A DNA stretch of 64,000 nucleotides from a virus, in IMG/VR virus record IMGVR_UViG_3300045131_002121, positions 1-64,000 of that record; one strand, 5' to 3'. The notes under the pieces were generated by a model that made no database searches, had not been told where the DNA came from, and saw only the letters and a program-made list of their open reading frames with translations. Shown here piece by piece: positions 8,370-16,632 of this stretch. The position numbers and the translations under genes were made by a program. How positions within the stretch are numbered: position 1 is the first letter of the stretch; each line of letters opens with the position of its first letter.

Positions 8370-10922
8370 ATGACCACGCAATCCCTAGCAGCCTACAAGT
8401 TCGCAGCATCTTATGGACGCTTTTTACCTGAACTGAATAGACGCGAAATACCAAGTGAGAGTTTTGAACGTGTCATCGAAATGCACCGCACGAAATACAA
8501 AGGAGTTGATATCGAAGCCGAGTTGAGTTTCTGTCTGGAAGCCATGAAAGATGGCCTGGTCTTGGGCTCCCAGAGAGCACTTCAATTCGGCGGTTCCCCT
8601 ATCCTGCGCAAAGAGGCCAGAGCGTTCAATTGTTCGGGGTCCTATGCGGATCGCCCCCGGTTCTTCCAGGAATGCCTGTATCTCCTGCTCTGTGGTTGCG
8701 GCACCGGGTTCTCGGTGCAACGCCATCACGTCGCCAGGCTGCCCAAGTTAATCGCGGTGGATAAACACCAGATCAAGGTGTTCACGGTTGCCGACAGTGT
8801 TGAAGGCTGGGCTGATGCCCTCGGCGTTCTCCTGGCCTCCTATGGATGCCTGGGTAGCGGCATGAACGAGTTCGCCGAAGAAACAGCACCAGGGGATGAC
8901 TCCAAGGTGTCCTTCCAGCACCCCGGCTGCTTCGCCGATTACGTGGGCAGCCATGTCAGCTTTGATTACTCTCGCATCCGTAACCAGGGCTCGAGTCTGA
9001 GCACCGGTGCAGGCAAGGCTCCAGGACCTGGGCCTCTCTCGGCATCCCTGGAAAAGATTCGCGGGGTCCTCGATACCGCGTTGACCCGGTGCCATGGTGA
9101 GGACTGCCATCTCCGCCCCATCGATGTCTACGATATCATCATGCACGCCTCAGATGCTGTCCTCGCCGGTGGAGTCCGCCGTAGTGCCACGATTTGCTTG
9201 TTCAGTGTTGATGATCCCGAGATGATGAACGCGAAGACTGGGAACTGGATGCAGGACAACCCCCAGCGGGCGCGTTCTAATAACTCGGCGATGTTGATCC
9301 GTGGTGAGACCACCTGGGAAGCCTTCCATGACATCTTCATGCTGGCACGCCGCCAGTACGGGGAGCCCGGGTTCGTGTGGTCGGATAGCCCCGAGCTCAT
9401 GGTGAACCCCTGCGTGGAAACCGGGATGTACCCCGCGATCTCCTTCAAGGATCTCTACGAGATGAATGGGGTGCCTTCTGCAGAAGGAGGGGATTGCCCT
9501 GTGCAGCGGATATCTGAATACTCGGGATGGGCATTCTGCAACCTCTGTGAAGTCAATGCCAAGGCCTGCCGTACCGATAAGGACTGGGGGCGTGCGTGCA
9601 CCGCAGCGGCGATCCTGGGCACCCTCCAGGCCGGCTACACCAAGTTTGACTACCTCGGTAATGTCAGCGAGTGTATCGCGAAACGTGAAGCCCTCCTCGG
9701 GGTCTCCATGACTGGGATGATGGACAACCCCTCGCAGTCCTTTGATCCCAAGCGGCAACGTGACCTCGCCAAGCTCATCCTCGATGTCAACGCTGCGCTG
9801 GCACCCCGCCTGGGCATCCGACCGACAGCACGGGCTACCTGTGTTAAACCCGCGGGATCGACGTCATGCCTTCTCGGGACATCGAGTGGGATCCATGCCC
9901 AACACGCCAAGCGGTACTTCCGGAGAGCCCAGGCCAACGTCAACGAGGCCCCCTTCCAATACTTCAAGGTCCACAACCCCGATGCCGTTGAACGCTCGGT
10001 GTGGGAACCCAATGGGAACACCGCGGTGATCACGTTCTGCATCGAGGCCTCCGACGAAGCCCTGACGCGACGTGAGGTCAATGGGCTCAAGCAGCTCGAG
10101 TACGTCAAGCTCACCCAGGACAACTGGGTTGCCGCCGGCAGTGTTCCCGAGCGCGCCGTGAAGCCCTGGCTGCACCACAATGTCTCCAACACGATCACGA
10201 TTCGTCAGAACCAAGAGGAAGACGCCGCCCGTTACATCTACGATCACCGGGAGTCCTTCACAGGGGTCAGCATCCTGGGGACCTCAGGGGATCTCGATTA
10301 TCCCCAGGCCCCGTTCTGCGAGGTCCGTACCGAGAGCGAGATCCTGGAGCGCTATGGTCGCGGTGCCTTCTTTGCATCCGGCCTCATCGTCGATGGGCTC
10401 CACGCCTTTGGTAACAATCTCTGGTTGGCCTGCGATACCGTGATGGGACTCGGTGAAGCCTCGGTTCTCGCCAACGGGGTTCCGTATCCCGCGGATCCCA
10501 ACACGCTCCCCGATGCCATCCGTGAGGCCTACGAGCACGTCCACGCACTCAAGAAGGATTGGATCCGGCGTGCACGTAAGTTCGCTGAGAATTACTTTGG
10601 ATTCGACTCGGAGAAGGAAGTCGCGCTCAAGAAAAAACTTAATGTTGATAGTTCGGTCCCCCGGGCGGGTCGTTCGGTCCCCAAGTCGACTTCGCTGTCT
10701 AATCATTACGATGCACTGCATGATTTATACGCACAACGCGACGCCCTGCGGCAGATGACCTACTGCCTCAAGGAAGTCAACAACCTCCATCTCTGGGAGC
10801 GACTGACCAGGGGCTGGAGTGAAGTCGACTACTCCCTGATGGTTGAGGAACACGATGGCACCAAGGGGGCTCAACCCGAGATGGCCTGTGCCGGTGGAGC
10901 CTGCACCTTACAGCACGCCTGA
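8370..10922 (+). CDS. nrdJ: adenosylcobalamin-dependent monomeric ribonucleoside-triphosphate reductase (class II)
   Basis: FNCS, GCGTGFSV, GGVRRSA, GEPG, NPCVE (thiyl radical), FCNLCE, TCVKPAGS, HNVSNT and C-terminal redox pair CAGGAC. Confidence 0.92.
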   Translation: MTTQSLAAYKFAASYGRFLPELNRREIPSESFERVIEMHRTKYKGVDIEAELSFCLEAMKDGLVLGSQRALQFGGSPILRKEARAFNCSGSYADRPRFFQECLYLLLCGCGTGFSVQRHHVARLPKLIAVDKHQIKVFTVADSVEGWADALGVLLASYGCLGSGMNEFAEETAPGDDSKVSFQHPGCFADYVGSHVSFDYSRIRNQGSSLSTGAGKAPGPGPLSASLEKIRGVLDTALTRCHGEDCHLRPIDVYDIIMHASDAVLAGGVRRSATICLFSVDDPEMMNAKTGNWMQDNPQRARSNNSAMLIRGETTWEAFHDIFMLARRQYGEPGFVWSDSPELMVNPCVETGMYPAISFKDLYEMNGVPSAEGGDCPVQRISEYSGWAFCNLCEVNAKACRTDKDWGRACTAAAILGTLQAGYTKFDYLGNVSECIAKREALLGVSMTGMMDNPSQSFDPKRQRDLAKLILDVNAALAPRLGIRPTARATCVKPAGSTSCLLGTSSGIHAQHAKRYFRRAQANVNEAPFQYFKVHNPDAVERSVWEPNGNTAVITFCIEASDEALTRREVNGLKQLEYVKLTQDNWVAAGSVPERAVKPWLHHNVSNTITIRQNQEEDAARYIYDHRESFTGVSILGTSGDLDYPQAPFCEVRTESEILERYGRGAFFASGLIVDGLHAFGNNLWLACDTVMGLGEASVLANGVPYPADPNTLPDAIREAYEHVHALKKDWIRRARKFAENYFGFDSEKEVALKKKLNVDSSVPRAGRSVPKSTSLSNHYDALHDLYAQRDALRQMTYCLKEVNNLHLWERLTRGWSEVDYSLMVEEHDGTKGAQPEMACAGGACTLQHA

Positions 10923-11038
10923 TAGTAGGCCTTGGCGGATCCCCAATCCCTGGTAGATTTTCAGGGTCGTCTGGATCCTCAGGGGTGGGTGAGTCAGACG
11001 ACGAAGATGATTGGTGTGGCACCTAACCGTGCCGAGGT

Positions 11039-11068
11039 GGCCTCCGGGGAAACCCGGAGGCCCTTTTT
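11039..11068 (+). terminator. rho-independent terminator
   Basis: GGCCTCCGGG-GAAA-CCCGGAGGCC followed by CTTTTT. Confidence 0.85.
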
Positions 11069-11161
11069 ATTGGCGACCCCGTGACCTCTTCCACGACTTG
11101 ATATCTCGCTTACGCTGGGGACTTCACCGACGTCCCCGTCAACTCTTCTAGGAGATTTCCC

Positions 11162-11641
11162 ATGACCAAAGGTATCAATGAAGCCGGCGCTCTCCGCCTC
11201 ACCGTGGATTCCCGCGAACGCAGTGCAGGCCGCGCCAAGACCAAGCGCTCCCTGGAAAACCGCAATGTTGAGAAGTTCAACTTCCTCGGCACCACCACCA
11301 ATGCCACGGCCACCGAGCTCTTCCAGAACGGTGACCAACGCCTCCCCGTTGGCATCTTCGCCGATGGCAGCGTTGGCCTGATCGAAGTCAAGGCTGTGGC
11401 CCGTAAATCCGACGGCGCCAAAGTCGCCGCTGAGATCCGGCGTTACCTCGTCAAGGTTGTCGGCGCCGAGGTCACCTTGTTGGAATCCGGCTCCCCCACT
11501 GCTGTTGATCACATCGGTGAAGCCGCCTACACGGTTGCCTTGATTGACGACGCCAACGTCCTCAAGCTCAAGGTTACCGGCGCCGCCGCGGAAACCGTGG
11601 GTTGGGATGTCCACGTCGAAGCCGTCGCCTTCATTCCCTGA
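11162..11641 (+). CDS. hypothetical beta-rich protein, possibly virion-associated
   Basis: AGGAG RBS; strongly biased codon usage (GGC/GCC/ACC/GTT) similar to the capsid genes. Confidence 0.7.
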   Translation: MTKGINEAGALRLTVDSRERSAGRAKTKRSLENRNVEKFNFLGTTTNATATELFQNGDQRLPVGIFADGSVGLIEVKAVARKSDGAKVAAEIRRYLVKVVGAEVTLLESGSPTAVDHIGEAAYTVALIDDANVLKLKVTGAAAETVGWDVHVEAVAFIP

Positions 11642-11661
11642 ACTCAGGTGAGTGTATGAGC

Positions 11662-11693
11662 CGAGGTCACGTCTCCTAGGGGACGTGACCTCG
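11662..11693. terminator. near-perfect 32-bp palindrome; possible terminator
   Basis: CGAGGTCACGTC-TCCTAGGG-GACGTGACCTCG followed by an interrupted T-rich tract. Confidence 0.5.
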
Positions 11694-11707
11694 ACGCGTT
11701 TCGTCTC

Positions 11708-11725
11708 TTTACAGAGAGTCAACCC
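11708..11725 (+). promoter_or_regulatory. conserved 18-bp intergenic motif, copy 3 (TTTACAGAGAGTCAACCC)
   Basis: Followed by TAGGCT at 11729; 47 nt upstream of ATG 11755. Confidence 0.55.
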
Positions 11726-11754
11726 TCATAGGCTGTACGCCATGAGGGCCTACG

Positions 11755-12525
11755 ATGTCATCCTATAACTGGGAACAACTCGAACGATTCTTTCCGGGGT
11801 GCACCCATGCCGCCATTGATCCCTTTGGGATGCTGGTGGTCATGAAGTGCACCAAGGGCATCCCCTCCTTTGGCCAGGCCAGGCGCTGGATCCCTGGCCT
11901 CGTGGGGGAGCGCAGGGACTGCATGCTCACCAATGCCTATGGCCCCGACTTCATGCCGGAGACCACCCTGGAAGCCAATCCCAACCGTGTCGCCGAGATC
12001 CAGGCCGCGGTGCAGGCCGCTGCTGGGGAGTCCGTGGCCCAGGCGAGTCCAGCGCACCAGAACGTGGCCAAACCACCCATGGCGGCTCCGACCCCTGCGG
12101 AGACCCTGGCAGCCGCAGCAGCCGCGGGGACCAATAAGCATGGCTTCATGAATCCCCCGGAACAAGCCCACAGTGTCGACGGGGGTCAAGGCGTAGTCCA
12201 CGGCATGACGTCCCCAGGCCCTGGTGTAACCGACCCCTGCAGGGTCAGCGCAGCCCTGGTCCCCAATCAAGTCAACACCAATACTCCCTTGAGTGAGGCC
12301 CCTGTCGTCACGACAAAGCCTGCGTACGGGGAGACCAGTGCGCTGCCCAAGTTCGAGATGGGACCCAAGACACCTGATCTCCACCCGCTCAGGAATCCCC
12401 AGGCCCCCAGCATGATTCAACTCGCCGCAGCGATCATAGACATCGCCGAGGGCACCCCCGTACAGAACTTTATCCCCATGGCGAAACAAGTCCTCCGGGA
12501 CTTCGCCGCAGGAAAGATATCATGA
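11755..12525 (+). CDS. hypothetical protein, Pro/Ala-rich centre
   Basis: Long ORF with + strand codon bias; ATGA overlap with next gene. Confidence 0.65.
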   Translation: MSSYNWEQLERFFPGCTHAAIDPFGMLVVMKCTKGIPSFGQARRWIPGLVGERRDCMLTNAYGPDFMPETTLEANPNRVAEIQAAVQAAAGESVAQASPAHQNVAKPPMAAPTPAETLAAAAAAGTNKHGFMNPPEQAHSVDGGQGVVHGMTSPGPGVTDPCRVSAALVPNQVNTNTPLSEAPVVTTKPAYGETSALPKFEMGPKTPDLHPLRNPQAPSMIQLAAAIIDIAEGTPVQNFIPMAKQVLRDFAAGKIS

Positions 12526-12779
12526 AGACCACACCGAAGCCTCCGCCCCCACGTAATCTCGGCGAGGCCTGGAAACGCGCCCGGCTGGGGTGTGGCCTCG
12601 CCCAGGACAAGATGGCGGCCGCCCTGGGGGTCAGCGACTCCTATCTCAGTCTCATCGAGGCGAACCGGAGAACCCCCACGATTGACTTGCTCCGCAAGAT
12701 GTCTGGGCTCACGGGATGGTCGATGGAAAAGTTATCCCCGGATCCCTTGTCCGCGGTTTCAGTTGAGGACCCCACATAG
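12522..12779 (+). CDS. XRE/Cro-CI family helix-turn-helix regulator
   Basis: LGEAWKRARL..GLAQDKMAAALGVSDSYLSLIEANRRTPTIDLL matches the HTH_3 pattern. Confidence 0.88.
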   Translation: MKTTPKPPPPRNLGEAWKRARLGCGLAQDKMAAALGVSDSYLSLIEANRRTPTIDLLRKMSGLTGWSMEKLSPDPLSAVSVEDPT

Positions 12780-12795
12780 TCTCGACGTCGAGACT
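12778..12795. promoter_or_regulatory. perfect 18-bp palindrome, candidate operator
   Basis: AGTCTCGACGTCGAGACT equals its own reverse complement; second IR GAAGCCT-T-AGGCTTC at 12832-12846. Confidence 0.45.
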
Positions 12796-12850
12796 GTTCA
12801 GGGCGAGGGCATAGGCTTTCCTCGTCGGCTTGAAGCCTTAGGCTTCGCAC

Positions 12851-13600
12851 ATGGGAATCATTCGCTCAGTTAATAACCCCGCGAATGGGGAGCGCAGGAT
12901 TCTGCGACGGCGACCCGACTCGGCGGGCCCCGTGGCATCAGCGAACACGGAGACCGCGGTTCCCGATGCCACCATGTTGGATCAATGGGAAAACCATGGG
13001 ATCATCAAGCACGGCGTCCGTGGTGATGGTCGCGTCGTGATCCCACGTTTCCTCAGTGATCCCGCGTCACCTCAAGAAGGTGATTTCTGGATCCTCTATG
13101 ACGAGGGTGTGGTATCCCTGCGGTATCGTACCGGGGGTATCACCTATAACTACACCGGTGGTAGCGGGAGTTCAGCGGGTTCCCAGTTCTCAGGGATCCC
13201 TGATACCGCAGGTCTCCGCAAGGGAGTCGCGGTGAGAACCTCGAGTACGGGCAAGGTTGGGCTCGCCCGTGCCGGCACGAATTCCGTTGCCGACAATCTC
13301 TACGAACCCCTGGGGCTCCTGAGTGCCACAGTTCCTGGATCCCCGAGTACCCCCGTGGACGACTTCGGTGTTATCCTTCCTGGGCATGTCATCGAGCTCA
13401 CCCCAGGTGACGCAGGTGAGATCAAGTATCTCACCGGGGTATCTGCGTTGATTCCGAATCGGGTCTACTACCTCTCCAATATCTCGGGAAAATGGGTACT
13501 CAACCCAGACACCGCCGGTTGTGAAGCCGCGGTTCCCCTGTGTCGAGCACTGACGACCACAAAGGCCCTCGTTGATTTCAGCATGGCGATCATCCTATGA
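12851..13600 (+). CDS. putative virion fibre/decoration-associated protein
   Basis: DPASPQEGDFW fibre-like motif; KGVAV...GKVGLA...PLGL...VYYLS..GKW resembles phage head-fibre/cement domains. Confidence 0.5.
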   Translation: MGIIRSVNNPANGERRILRRRPDSAGPVASANTETAVPDATMLDQWENHGIIKHGVRGDGRVVIPRFLSDPASPQEGDFWILYDEGVVSLRYRTGGITYNYTGGSGSSAGSQFSGIPDTAGLRKGVAVRTSSTGKVGLARAGTNSVADNLYEPLGLLSATVPGSPSTPVDDFGVILPGHVIELTPGDAGEIKYLTGVSALIPNRVYYLSNISGKWVLNPDTAGCEAAVPLCRALTTTKALVDFSMAIIL

Positions 13601-14061
13601 CACTTGATACATTCCTGGCTTCCAATCTTGTTAAAGTTTCTGCGGAGGCGGATTTGCTTGCCCAGCCCAAACGGGAGCCACTGGAAGTCCACACCCTGCC
13701 GCCCCCGAATCCCACTCCAGGAGTAGGCCTCGCGGAATCCCTGGGCATGGGGATGCCATGGAAGGGTGCCCTCATCGGTGGCCTTGGTTTAGGTGCCTAC
13801 AAATACCTGACTGCAAAGAAGGGTGACAAACTGCGGGATACCATGAAGGGGGCCATCACTGGCGCCCTTGGTGGTGCGGGTACCGAACTCGGCGCTGGTC
13901 TCGGTGGCGAGGTCGCCAGACGTCATGCTCGTTATGGTGAAGGCGGCCCCATGGCTACCACTGGTATCGCCGCAGGGGGCACCGCAGCTGGCGCCGGCCT
14001 CGGTCTGGGTTCCGCGTATCTCCTCAACAAGTTTTTGAGTCGAGATGGTGAGGATGAATAA
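13597..14061 (+). CDS. Gly-zipper membrane-type protein with KxS leader
   Basis: MTLDTFLASNLVKVSAE; multiple GxxxG helices; ends AYLLNKFLSRDGEDE. Confidence 0.7.
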   Translation: MTLDTFLASNLVKVSAEADLLAQPKREPLEVHTLPPPNPTPGVGLAESLGMGMPWKGALIGGLGLGAYKYLTAKKGDKLRDTMKGAITGALGGAGTELGAGLGGEVARRHARYGEGGPMATTGIAAGGTAAGAGLGLGSAYLLNKFLSRDGEDE

Positions 14062-16631
14062 TGGCTACTCAGAAACCACTCTACTTTGATGGTCGCCAGC
14101 TCCGCAGGGCTTCCTCTACGAACCCTATTGCGGCGTCGGTCCTGGAATCCACTGTTGTCACCACCGATGGTCTCCACCCCTTCGTAGCCAATGTCGCGGG
14201 TGCAAAGGCTACCGAAGACGCCCACTTGACGACTCGCCTGGTCGTCGACCGCAGAATCGCGGATGGCTATTGGGGTGGCCCCGTTCAAGCCATCACGAAT
14301 ACACCTCCGGTATCCCCTGGTGCCGAGCAGCGCTGGATCACGGGTACACTCCCCACGGGGGACTGGTCTGGGAACCCCAATGCTTTTGCGGCATACCGCG
14401 ATGGTGTCTGGAAATTCACCTCAGCAGCTGAAGGCGTCTTCGTCTTCAACAGGGCGACGCACTCCTATGTCCACTACACGGGTTCGGCATGGGCACCCAT
14501 CCTAGGTACCGGTACGGTGACATCAGTGGGGCTCGCGCTCCCCGCTGAGTTCGACGTCACGGTCTCCCCGGTGACCGGTTCTGGAGATCTCACCGCGGGA
14601 TGGGCGGTTCAGGCCCCCGGGGTTGTCTTCGCGGGTCCCAGTGATCCCCTGGTAGACCCTGCAGTACCTGGGTTCAGACCTCTAGTTGAAACTGATATTC
14701 CCTTTTGTGCCCTCAAGGGGGACGTGGGGTCATCTGGGCTCACCATGACCTCTGCACGGCTCCTCGGCAGGATCTCCGATGATCCCGGTGCCATCGAGGA
14801 GATCTCGATTGGGGACGGTCTGAGTCTATCCGCAGGGCAACTGAGCTGCACTGTATCACCTGCGTTGGAAACTGGTCGCGTTGGGTTCGGGGGATCAGAC
14901 GACATTCTCACGGGGTCTATCTATCTAACCTATGTGAGTGATGGCGACACGGGCGGATTGGTTATCTCTAATACCACCGCATCGACCAGTACGACTACAG
15001 GAGCCCTTGTAGTCACTGGTGGTTTAGGTGTTGGTGGAACCAGCTTTTTTGGGGGTAGAGTTGATATTTCCTGTATTGGCTCGACACCCCCGGTTTTGAC
15101 CATTAATCAGAATAGTTACCTAGCCGCCGATGGTGGGGGTAACACCGTTTTACACGTCTTTGACCATGAAGACACCCTTCGTGGAAAGGGTATCAGGTAC
15201 ACTGGAGGTTTTGGTGCTACTCGTGCGACTGGCCGCGCTATTTATGTTGCTCCTTGGCTGACTGTATTTGTTTGCACTGGTATCACAACACCGCCGTCGC
15301 GGTACGATAGATACACTGTTAATGGTATCACTTATGCGATAACTACTGTAAATGGTTCTCTTGTATATGCAGTTCGACTGACCAGTAGCACAGCGCTCCC
15401 CCCGGCATCGGGTAAACTTACTCGTACGGTCGGATCCGGCGATGCCGAGATATTATACACTGAGGTTTCGCTGATGGAAACTGAAGCCGTGCAGGCATCA
15501 GTTATTATTCGGTCGAACGGTGCAATTTCATTTGGTAACATCTGGGAAAATTGGGGTAATGTATCTATTGGAACCCTGGCGCACCCAGGTTTAGACGCAG
15601 CATCTCGCGAGCAGAAAACACTTGGGGTCTATGAAACCACGCAGACAGGTGAGCCTGACGAGGGCCACCTGTCCGTTTACGGCACAATTCGTCTGCAAGG
15701 GATCCAAAGCAAGGATGTTGCCAACGGTATATTGCAGTACAATGCGACAAATAAGTTCCAGGGGTATTACAACGGACAATGGAACACGTTTCTGACAGGC
15801 ACTTTTTTTACAAATCGCGTTGCCTACGGCGGGGCGCTTGGAATAACCGATAGTGCAAACCTAACTTTTGATGGTGCAAATCTCAATGTTACAGGTACAG
15901 TAACAGCTATTTCCGCTGATCTTCGAGATGGGTTACAATTGATGGGTCGGGCTGGTGGAACAGGTTCATATCTCGGAACTTTTATACCAACTACGTTGAC
16001 AGAATCTCGCACATACACCATGCCGGATAAAGACGGCACTGTGGCGATGACGAGCGATATAGTTGCTCCGAGTCTTGCAGATACCCAGGTAGGGTTTGGT
16101 AGCGGAAGTGATCTTCTTACTGGTTCTGCAAATTTAACATACATTTCGACTCTGGCTACTGGTGGATTAACAATCTCAAATACTACTGCATCGACCAGCA
16201 CTACTACTGGTGCTCTTGTTGTTGCCGGAGGCCTCGGTGTCGGCGGTTCAGTCTATGCTGGCTCCGATGTCTCCGTAGGTGGAACTCTCATAATCAAGAA
16301 TGTTAATGAGGCCGTGAACACTATTGGCAACACAGGCACGGGCACGATTACAGTCAACTGTCTGACCGCAAACCGGGTTACCATGACGGTGACAGGAAAC
16401 GTAACCCTTGCGTTCACGAATGTCCCCTCCGCGGGCACCGCGAAGACGATGGTTTTGCACATAACTAATGGGGCTGCATTCACATTTGCGTTCCCGGCTA
16501 ATACGCGGTGGTCAGGTGGTATCGCCCCTGTTCTCCGATCCTCGGGGCTGGACATCATAGGTCTGACCACGATTGATGGGGGAAACACTTGGGATGGAAT
16601 CCCGATGTCGTTGGATAGTAAGGTACCATGA
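14061..16631 (+). CDS. tail fibre protein with DUF2793-like N-terminal domain
   Basis: TPPVSP...RWI...PTGDWSG....A.YRDGVWKF...EG; repeated STSTTTGALVV.GGLGVGG; C-terminal DIIGLTTIDGGNTW. Confidence 0.75.
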   Translation: MATQKPLYFDGRQLRRASSTNPIAASVLESTVVTTDGLHPFVANVAGAKATEDAHLTTRLVVDRRIADGYWGGPVQAITNTPPVSPGAEQRWITGTLPTGDWSGNPNAFAAYRDGVWKFTSAAEGVFVFNRATHSYVHYTGSAWAPILGTGTVTSVGLALPAEFDVTVSPVTGSGDLTAGWAVQAPGVVFAGPSDPLVDPAVPGFRPLVETDIPFCALKGDVGSSGLTMTSARLLGRISDDPGAIEEISIGDGLSLSAGQLSCTVSPALETGRVGFGGSDDILTGSIYLTYVSDGDTGGLVISNTTASTSTTTGALVVTGGLGVGGTSFFGGRVDISCIGSTPPVLTINQNSYLAADGGGNTVLHVFDHEDTLRGKGIRYTGGFGATRATGRAIYVAPWLTVFVCTGITTPPSRYDRYTVNGITYAITTVNGSLVYAVRLTSSTALPPASGKLTRTVGSGDAEILYTEVSLMETEAVQASVIIRSNGAISFGNIWENWGNVSIGTLAHPGLDAASREQKTLGVYETTQTGEPDEGHLSVYGTIRLQGIQSKDVANGILQYNATNKFQGYYNGQWNTFLTGTFFTNRVAYGGALGITDSANLTFDGANLNVTGTVTAISADLRDGLQLMGRAGGTGSYLGTFIPTTLTESRTYTMPDKDGTVAMTSDIVAPSLADTQVGFGSGSDLLTGSANLTYISTLATGGLTISNTTASTSTTTGALVVAGGLGVGGSVYAGSDVSVGGTLIIKNVNEAVNTIGNTGTGTITVNCLTANRVTMTVTGNVTLAFTNVPSAGTAKTMVLHITNGAAFTFAFPANTRWSGGIAPVLRSSGLDIIGLTTIDGGNTWDGIPMSLDSKVP
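14877..16247 (+). repeat. two diverged copies (~55 aa) of a fibre-shaft unit, at ~14877-15038 and ~16086-16247
   Basis: VGFG.G/S.D.LTGS..LTY.S....GGL.ISNTTASTSTTTGALVV.GGLGVGG occurs twice. Confidence 0.75.
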
Positions 16632-16632
16632 C

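Noticed and set aside
10923-11161. tRNA or hammerhead ribozyme in the largest intergenic gap
   Set aside because: No T-loop GTTCRA/cloverleaf and no CTGATGA...GAAA core; kept only as a generic structured-RNA candidate
16573-16632. Longest-ORF start calls (also 993, 6262, 22484, 53234, 57009, 59883, 62132, 62985)
   Set aside because: They overlap upstream genes or regulatory elements; downstream starts have RBSs or translational coupling
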